Positions 35,139-40,658 of a stretch of DNA of 40,658 nucleotides are shown piece by piece; position 1 is the stretch's first letter, and each line of letters opens with the position of its first letter. Below the pieces are notes generated by a model, which worked only from the letters and a program-made list of their open reading frames with translations, had not been told where the DNA came from and did no database searches. Location of the stretch: positions 1 to 40,658 of the forward strand of contig DATDUI010000054.1 of the NCBI GenBank assembly GCA_035290465.1, written 5' to 3'. The DNA is from Candidatus Nanoarchaeia archaeon (lineage in GTDB: Archaea; Nanobdellota; Nanobdellia; Pacearchaeales; GW2011-AR1). A program made the translations under genes and the position numbers.

Positions 35139-35747
35139 ATGAAAGGAAAATATATTGTTTTTGAAGGAGGTGAAGGTTGCGGGAAAACTACACAATCAAA
35201 ATTATTATATGAAAATTTAACCAAAAAAGGATATAGTTGTATTCACATTCGAGAACCCGGAAGTACAAAAGAAGCTCAGAAATTACGTTTAAGATTATTA
35301 AATTCTAAAAGATTATCTGTAAATGGAGAAAGAATCCTCTTTGCACGAGCAAGGTATTCATTATTCGAGCAAGTGATTATTCCTGCATTAAACGAAGATA
35401 AAATTGTCCTTTCTGATCGATCTTTTTACTCAACTTTGGCTTACCAAGGATATGGTTCAGAATATCCGATAAAATATTTGGAAAACTTAATTGATGTAGC
35501 AACTTTTGGGATAAAACCAGATTTAGCAGTTATAATTGATATTGATCCAAAAGTCGGATTAAAAAAGGAAACCAATCCCGACAGATATGCTAGTAAACCT
35601 TTAGAATATCATAAAAGGGTAAACCAAGGTTTTCTGCAATTAGCAAAAGATAATAAAGAATGTATTTTAATTCCTTATGTCGAAGGAAAAGCACAATTAA
35701 TGCAAGAATCAATTCAATATTATCTTAAACAAAGATTAAACTTATAA
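35139..35747 (+). CDS. tmk: Thymidylate kinase
   Basis: IVFEGGEGCGKTTQ is the P-loop. REPGST and SDRSFYSTLAYQG are also present. Confidence 0.9.
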   Translation: MKGKYIVFEGGEGCGKTTQSKLLYENLTKKGYSCIHIREPGSTKEAQKLRLRLLNSKRLSVNGERILFARARYSLFEQVIIPALNEDKIVLSDRSFYSTLAYQGYGSEYPIKYLENLIDVATFGIKPDLAVIIDIDPKVGLKKETNPDRYASKPLEYHKRVNQGFLQLAKDNKECILIPYVEGKAQLMQESIQYYLKQRLNL

Positions 35748-35769
35748 ATTCCTTTTATCGCACTCTTCT

Positions 35770-36399
35770 ATGGATTCCTCTAAAATTATGGATATTTTGC
35801 AAAAAAAATATCCTGTGCCTAAGACAACTTTAAATAAAATGCGAAGTAAACCAGATGCATTTAAAATTTTAATTTCATGTTTAATTTCATTAAGAACACG
35901 GGATGAAAACACAAAAATTGCTACAGAAAAATTATTTGCCGTTGTAAAAACCCCCAAAGGTATTTTAAATTTACCAATAGAAAAATTAGAAGAATTAATT
36001 TTCTCTTCAGGTCATTATAAGAAAAAATCCCAAATATTAAAGCACATTTCTTATGAATTAATAAATAGATTTAATTCAAAAGTTCCAAATACTAAAGAAG
36101 AATTATTAAGCATAAAATGGATTGGTCCAAAAACTGCAAGTATTGTTTTAGCATTTGCATTCAATAAAGAAACAATTCCAGTTGATACAAATGTCCATAG
36201 AATTGTAAACAGAATTGGTTGGCTAAAAACTAAAAATCCAAATGAAACACAAATAGAACTTGAAAAGATTTTGCCAAAAAAATACTGGAAAGAATTTAAT
36301 AGCATCTGCATGCAACACGGACGAGAAATCTGCAAACCTATAAAACCTGATTGCAAAAATTGTCCTATAAAAAATTATTGTAAGAAGATAATTAATTAA
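35770..36399 (+). CDS. nth: Endonuclease III (HhH-GPD DNA glycosylase/lyase with a 4Fe-4S cluster)
   Basis: SLRTRDE, the HhH segment IKWIGPKTASIVLAFAF, and VDTNVHRIVNRIG are present. The cluster motif is C-x6-C-x2-C-x5-C (CKPIKPDCKNCPIKNYC). Confidence 0.92.
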   Translation: MDSSKIMDILQKKYPVPKTTLNKMRSKPDAFKILISCLISLRTRDENTKIATEKLFAVVKTPKGILNLPIEKLEELIFSSGHYKKKSQILKHISYELINRFNSKVPNTKEELLSIKWIGPKTASIVLAFAFNKETIPVDTNVHRIVNRIGWLKTKNPNETQIELEKILPKKYWKEFNSICMQHGREICKPIKPDCKNCPIKNYCKKIIN

Positions 36400-36402
36400 A
36401 AA

Positions 36403-37668
36403 TTAACCTTCTAAAAGCCATTTCCAAATTGGCATTACTATTATTTCTTTTTTATCTATCTCAAATCTCTCTTCTTCATCGTAAGTTAGGATTAAACCTT
36501 TTTTTAAACTGAATTTATTCATTGCTTCAAGAAGACCTTTTATCTCTCTGTCCTTGTTTTCATTATGTAAATCATAACAAACCTGAATTGCATTAGTTAT
36601 TTTATTTTTTTCTTTCACCACAAAATCACATTCTGTTTTTTCTCTGTGATAATAAATTTCAAGTTCTCTTTGGTTGAGAGAAATCGCAGCTAAATTTTCT
36701 AAAGTTTTTCCTGAATTTTCTGAGAATTTAAATCCTAAATTATTTGGGAATCCAATATCAATTGAATAAATTTTTTTTGGATTTTGCATCTGTTTTTTTA
36801 TTGAATAGTCAAATTTATTAATCATAAAAAATAAAAAAGCTTTTTCAAAAGAAGAATATATCTCACTTAAAATTCCTAAATTTTTGATCCCTGAAACTTT
36901 TGAGAGTGTCCTTAAACTCACATCTGAAGAGATGTTAGATAGAAAATAAACAGAAATTTCTTTTATAGGTTTTGTTAAATTTGGATTAAATCTTCTGACT
37001 ATATCTCTATATATTATGTTTTCATATAACTCTTTTAATATTATTTTATTCTTTTCTAAAATCATTTTTGGCATTCCTCCATTAGAAAAATATACTTTAA
37101 ATTCAGACTTAATCTTATTTTGTAATTTTGTATCCAAAGAATAATCGGTTATGTTTATCTTTTTATATTTTAGATATTCTGAAAAACTAAATGGAAATAG
37201 TCTTATGCTAAGTGATCTGCCGGTTAAAATTGTTGAAATTTCCGAACTTAGTAATTGAGAATTTGAGCCAGTGACAATGATTGGAAACTTTTCTTTTATT
37301 CTATCTATCCACTTTTCCCAATTTTTAACTTCTTGTATTTCATCTAAAAACAAATAAACTTTTTGATGATATTTGTTTTCTTCAATATAATCTAAAATAT
37401 TTTGAAAATTTTCATCTTTGAAATCAATTAATCTTTCATCATTGAAATTTATATACAAAAACTCTTCTTTTGTTAATTTTAATTCATTTGAAATTATCTT
37501 TAATAATGAAGATTTTCCACATCTTCTTATTCCAGTAATTATTATCGGTAATTTTAACTTTAATAATTTAATTACTTCTTTTGTTTTTTCCCTCTCAATT
37601 AAATCTTTTAGGGATAAGAAATCTTCTTGTTGACTATAAATTACCTGATAAAGCAAATTTTTTTTCAT
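36403..37668 (-). CDS. AAA-family ATPase with a DUF4143-like C-terminal domain (COG1373-type)
   Basis: ITGIRRCGKSSL is Walker A and VYLFLDEIQ is Walker B. Size and layout are typical of archaeal DUF4143 ATPases. Confidence 0.8.
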   Translation of the reverse strand: MKKNLLYQVIYSQQEDFLSLKDLIEREKTKEVIKLLKLKLPIIITGIRRCGKSSLLKIISNELKLTKEEFLYINFNDERLIDFKDENFQNILDYIEENKYHQKVYLFLDEIQEVKNWEKWIDRIKEKFPIIVTGSNSQLLSSEISTILTGRSLSIRLFPFSFSEYLKYKKINITDYSLDTKLQNKIKSEFKVYFSNGGMPKMILEKNKIILKELYENIIYRDIVRRFNPNLTKPIKEISVYFLSNISSDVSLRTLSKVSGIKNLGILSEIYSSFEKAFLFFMINKFDYSIKKQMQNPKKIYSIDIGFPNNLGFKFSENSGKTLENLAAISLNQRELEIYYHREKTECDFVVKEKNKITNAIQVCYDLHNENKDREIKGLLEAMNKFSLKKGLILTYDEEERFEIDKKEIIVMPIWKWLLEG

Positions 37669-37704
37669 AAATAGTCTTAGTTTAGTTTATATATAAATCT
37701 TTCC

Positions 37705-37880
37705 AAAGTGTTACCGTTTTTGTATCACTTTAGGAGCAAAGTGTTACTATTTTCGTATCACTTTGTCAATCTTCTAAAAGCCATGTCCTCCACGATTTTT
37801 TTATTTAAACTTTCTTTTTTTGTCCTGCTCACAGGACAAAAAGATAATCTTTCTAAGTGTTACCGTTTTTGTATCACTTT
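37705..37880. promoter_or_regulatory. Three copies of a 26-nt imperfect palindrome AAGTGTTAC-N7-GTATCACTT upstream of the DUF4143 ATPase gene
   Basis: Copies lie at 37705-37731, 37738-37764 (3 mismatches) and 37855-37880 (identical to copy 1 over 26 nt). Copy 1 abuts a TTTATATATA TATA-like box (minus strand) about 30 nt upstream of the ATPase ATG. Confidence 0.7.
37817..37842. other. Perfect 11-bp stem / 4-nt loop hairpin (TTTTGTCCTG-CTCA-CAGGACAAAA)
   Basis: Read directly from the sequence. It lies between palindrome copies 2 and 3, in the PRC-barrel to ATPase intergenic region. Confidence 0.7.
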
Positions 37881-37984
37881 TTATGATAAATATTTAGGAG
37901 AATTCTTCAATAAACTTTCCAGATTTTCTTTTCACATAAATAAAAATTAATCCCTTAAAGCATTTATCCAGAATTTAATGACCC

Positions 37985-38245
37985 TTAAATTAAATCTTCT
38001 TCAGAAACAATCACAAAATCCCCAATAGCAATAATTGCACTATATGGAATTAAAAGTTCACCCATTTTTGTAACTTCTAGATTTAAATTTCTAGTATATG
38101 GTGTAGCTTCTTTTAAAATTAAATTGATAAGTTCACCTGATTTAGTTTCAAAAGTAATATCTTTAACAAAGCCTAATCTTTTACCTTCTTTTGTAACAAT
38201 CATTTTTCCTATAATCGCACTAAATAAGTTTTTGTTTTCTAACAT
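37985..38245 (-). CDS. PRC-barrel domain protein
   Basis: 86 aa. The pattern IIGKMIVTKEGKRLGFVKDITFETKSGELINLIL...LIPYSAIIAIGDFVIV is typical of PRC-barrel proteins. Confidence 0.7.
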   Translation of the reverse strand: MLENKNLFSAIIGKMIVTKEGKRLGFVKDITFETKSGELINLILKEATPYTRNLNLEVTKMGELLIPYSAIIAIGDFVIVSEEDLI

Positions 38246-38380
38246 CCTTTTTTGAAATAGAAATTATTTATAAACTTTTCCGTGAAAATTGTCAACAATC
38301 AAAAAAACCCAAATTTAGAAAACTTTATATAAAATCATTATTATCTCCCCTTATGAGGTGTCAATTTAATTGTAATTAAA

Positions 38381-39241
38381 ATGTTTGAATCAATAGTAAA
38401 TCCCAAAAGAATGGATAAAGGTCCGTTAAAAATGTTATTTATCGGATTAATTTATGCAACTCTTTCTTTAGGTATTGTTAAATTTGCTTTTTCAGGTGAC
38501 CCTGTATTATCTCAATATTCCGGCATGATTGTCGTGACATTTTGTGTAATGTTCTCTTTGCCTTTTATGTATTTTTTAATAAAACAGGAAGAAGAAGAAG
38601 ATGAAGTTGTTGAAGGTTTTTTTAGAGTCTGGAAAATGCATAGCGACGCAGTTTATTCCTTTATGTTTTTATTCTTAGGGTTTGTTTTAGCTTTTTCATT
38701 TTGGTATATTATAATCGGTGATTCAACTTTATTTAATGCTCAGATTGAAACATATTGTATGATAAATAGTCCAGGTAATATTGAAGGATGTGTAGAAAAA
38801 TACGATTTTTCTCAAAAGATAACAAGTACTGGTGCAGCAACAAAGGAAATGAGATTGCTGTCAATTATTGAAAATAATATTTATGTCATGATTTTTACTT
38901 TAATATTTTCTTTAATTTTTGGTGCAGGTGCAATATTTATTTTAGCATGGAATGCAAGTGTAATTGCTGCAGCTATAGGCATATTTACAAATTATAGCCT
39001 TTCAGGGATTCCAATGGGGATTGTAAGATATATGATTCATGGTTTTCCTGAAATTGCCGCGTATTTCATAACTGCTTTAGCTGGTGGGATATTTGGAGTT
39101 GGAGCAATTAGAAACGGATTTAAAAGTCAGAAATTTTTAAGGGTAGTTGAAAATAGTATAATTCTTCTCTTTATTGCAATAATAATAATAATAATTGCCG
39201 GACTTATTGAAGTTTATTTTACTCCGATATTATTTAATTAA
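38381..39241 (+). CDS. SpoIIM/DUF95-family membrane protein
   Basis: Polytopic, with IIENNIYVM....G......WNAS and HGFPEIAAYFITALAGG motifs. Confidence 0.7.
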   Translation: MFESIVNPKRMDKGPLKMLFIGLIYATLSLGIVKFAFSGDPVLSQYSGMIVVTFCVMFSLPFMYFLIKQEEEEDEVVEGFFRVWKMHSDAVYSFMFLFLGFVLAFSFWYIIIGDSTLFNAQIETYCMINSPGNIEGCVEKYDFSQKITSTGAATKEMRLLSIIENNIYVMIFTLIFSLIFGAGAIFILAWNASVIAAAIGIFTNYSLSGIPMGIVRYMIHGFPEIAAYFITALAGGIFGVGAIRNGFKSQKFLRVVENSIILLFIAIIIIIIAGLIEVYFTPILFN

Positions 39242-39282
39242 TATTTAAATAAATTTAAAAGTTTAAGTAATTTAATTAATTA

Positions 39283-40272
39283 ATGGATCCAATTTTATTA
39301 ATCGCAATTTCAGTTAGTTTTTTTTGTACTTATTTAGTTTTACCCTTCTGGATAAAAAAAGCAAAGCAAATTGGATTAGTTTGGGAAGATATGCATAAGA
39401 CAGGACATCCAAAGAATGTTGCAGGTTCAGGTGGTTTAATCGTTGTTTTAAGTTTTATTTTAGGAGTTTTAATTTATGTAGCAATAACCACCTTTTATTT
39501 AAAATCCTCCGGAAATTTAATTGAAATTTTCGCACTTATTTGTTCAATACTTTTAGTCTCAATTGTAGGTTTAATCGATGACCTTTTTGGCTGGCAAAGA
39601 GGGGGATTATCAAAAAAATCAAGATTAATTTTAGTTTTATTCTCGGCAATTCCTTTAATGGTAATTAACGCCGGTGAATCAACAATGTTCGGAATAAATT
39701 TTGGAATTTTATACCCTCTTTTTGTAATCCCTATTGGAGTTATTGGAGCAACTACAACATTCAATTTTTTAGCAGGATATAACGGTCTAGAAGCAAGTCA
39801 GGGAATAATCCTTTTATCAGCTTTCGCAATTACAACTTATTTAACTGGCAATGCTTGGCTGAGTGTTATTGCATTATGTATGGTTGTTTCATTATTTGCA
39901 TTTTATATCTTTAATAAATGTCCTGCAAAAGTTTTTCCCGGAGATGTTATGACTTATGCAATTGGTTCATTAATTGCAATTATTGCTATTTTAGGAAACA
40001 TGGAAAAAATAGCTGTGTTCTTTTTTATCCCTTATATATGTGAAGTAATCTTAAAATCACGAGGAAAATTAGAAATTCAAAGTTTTGCAAAATTAAACAA
40101 TGACGGAAGTTTAGAGCAACCACATAAAAAAATTTATGGGTTGGAACATTTAGCAGTTTTAATTTTGAAAAAAATAAAACCTTCAAAAAAAGTTTATGAA
40201 AAAGACGTTGTACTTTTAATTAACGGATTTCAAATAATAATAATTCTTTTAGGATTTTGGTTGTTTCTGTGA
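39283..40272 (+). CDS. Glycosyltransferase family 4 (MraY/WecA/AglH-like polyprenyl-phosphate GlcNAc-1-P transferase)
   Basis: Polytopic, with GLIDDLFG, NFLAGYNGLEASQG and VFPGDVMTYAIG motifs. Confidence 0.85.
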   Translation: MDPILLIAISVSFFCTYLVLPFWIKKAKQIGLVWEDMHKTGHPKNVAGSGGLIVVLSFILGVLIYVAITTFYLKSSGNLIEIFALICSILLVSIVGLIDDLFGWQRGGLSKKSRLILVLFSAIPLMVINAGESTMFGINFGILYPLFVIPIGVIGATTTFNFLAGYNGLEASQGIILLSAFAITTYLTGNAWLSVIALCMVVSLFAFYIFNKCPAKVFPGDVMTYAIGSLIAIIAILGNMEKIAVFFFIPYICEVILKSRGKLEIQSFAKLNNDGSLEQPHKKIYGLEHLAVLILKKIKPSKKVYEKDVVLLINGFQIIIILLGFWLFL

Positions 40273-40340
40273 TTAACTAACTAATTATGCTCAAAAGTAA
40301 AGTTAGAAATCTTTTTAAGTTAAATTAATTAGTGTTTGTT

Positions 40341-40658
40341 ATGAAGGTTAATTTAGGGTGTGGAAAAGATATTCGAAAAGGTTTTGTAAATGTTGATAAG
40401 GTTTCTCTTGAAGGAGTGAATATTGTTTGTGATTTTGAAAAGAAAAAACTTCCATTTAAAGATGATTCTGTGAGTTTTATAGTGATTAATCATGTTTTAG
40501 AACATGTTTTTGATCTGGAATTTCTTTTAAAAGAAATTTATAGAATTAGTGAAAATGGTGCAAAAATATCTATACGTGTTCCTTATTTTTCGCATGAATC
40601 TGCATTTTCTCATTATCAGCATATAAGAAGATTTACTTGGACAACTTTTGATTTATTT
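40341..40658 (+). CDS. Class I SAM-dependent methyltransferase (type 11-like), 3'-partial at window edge
   Basis: The frame is open from the ATG at 40341 to the end of the window. My translation is MKVNLGCGKDIRKGFVNVD...LPFKDDSVSFIVINHVLEHV...EIYRISENGAKISIRVP. It is not in the supplied ORF track because no stop is reached. Confidence 0.75.
   Translation, partial: MKVNLGCGKDIRKGFVNVDKVSLEGVNIVCDFEKKKLPFKDDSVSFIVINHVLEHVFDLEFLLKEIYRISENGAKISIRVPYFSHESAFSHYQHIRRFTWTTFDLF

Noticed and set aside
37708-37950. 80-aa ORF spanning the triple palindrome region
   Set aside because: Its sequence is dictated by the repeats and the hairpin. It starts at a non-ATG codon and has no SD or coding-like composition.
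1-40658. tRNA, rRNA, RNase P or SRP RNA genes
   Set aside because: I found no G+C-rich, stem-forming island of suitable length in any intergenic region. All long noncoding tracts are strongly AT-rich. A covariance-model scan is still needed to be certain.

Overview
Visibly AT-rich, tightly packed archaeal chromosomal segment. Archaeal markers include PolD DP2, eL15, L18e, uL13, uS9, uS10, a Lig1-type ATP-dependent ligase and an AglH-like GT4 transferase, and many genes share 4-bp start/stop overlaps. By inference it fits a small-genome DPANN-type archaeon. About 45 CDS are supportable. Housekeeping blocks cover replication/repair (PolD large subunit, short RecQ-like helicase, two ATP-dependent ligases, gyrB...gyrA, endonuclease III), translation (five r-proteins), nucleotide metabolism (thyA, tmk), oxidative stress (rubrerythrin, desulfoferrodoxin, Fe/Mn SOD) and membrane functions (TctA-like, Kef-type antiporter, SpoIIM-like, GT4). 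I recognised no tRNA, rRNA or CRISPR array. The unusual part is an accessory island at about 8.9-16.9 kb. It holds two convergent coiled-coil/wHTH proteins whose linkers are built from DNA repeats, and a 570-bp pyrimidine-skewed tract of decayed tandem copies of one gene's 3' end. It also holds a 1.45-kb nearly ORF-free array of two alternating motifs (CTGTTTAAACAG-type palindromes and TTAACCTAACCTAAGTGAATAA) that runs into a small serine recombinase gene. Downstream are a CxxC-x17-CxxC/RGG protein, a catalytic-domain-less recombinase paralog with a zinc ribbon, and two tandem ~370-aa paralogs of a family I cannot place. Other points of interest: a long RelA/SpoT homologue with a degenerate hydrolase domain, four small genes translationally coupled between gyrB and gyrA, an 800-bp extremely AT-rich intergenic region, and a triple palindrome upstream of a DUF4143-type ATPase. 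All functional calls rest on remembered family motifs, because no database search was possible.
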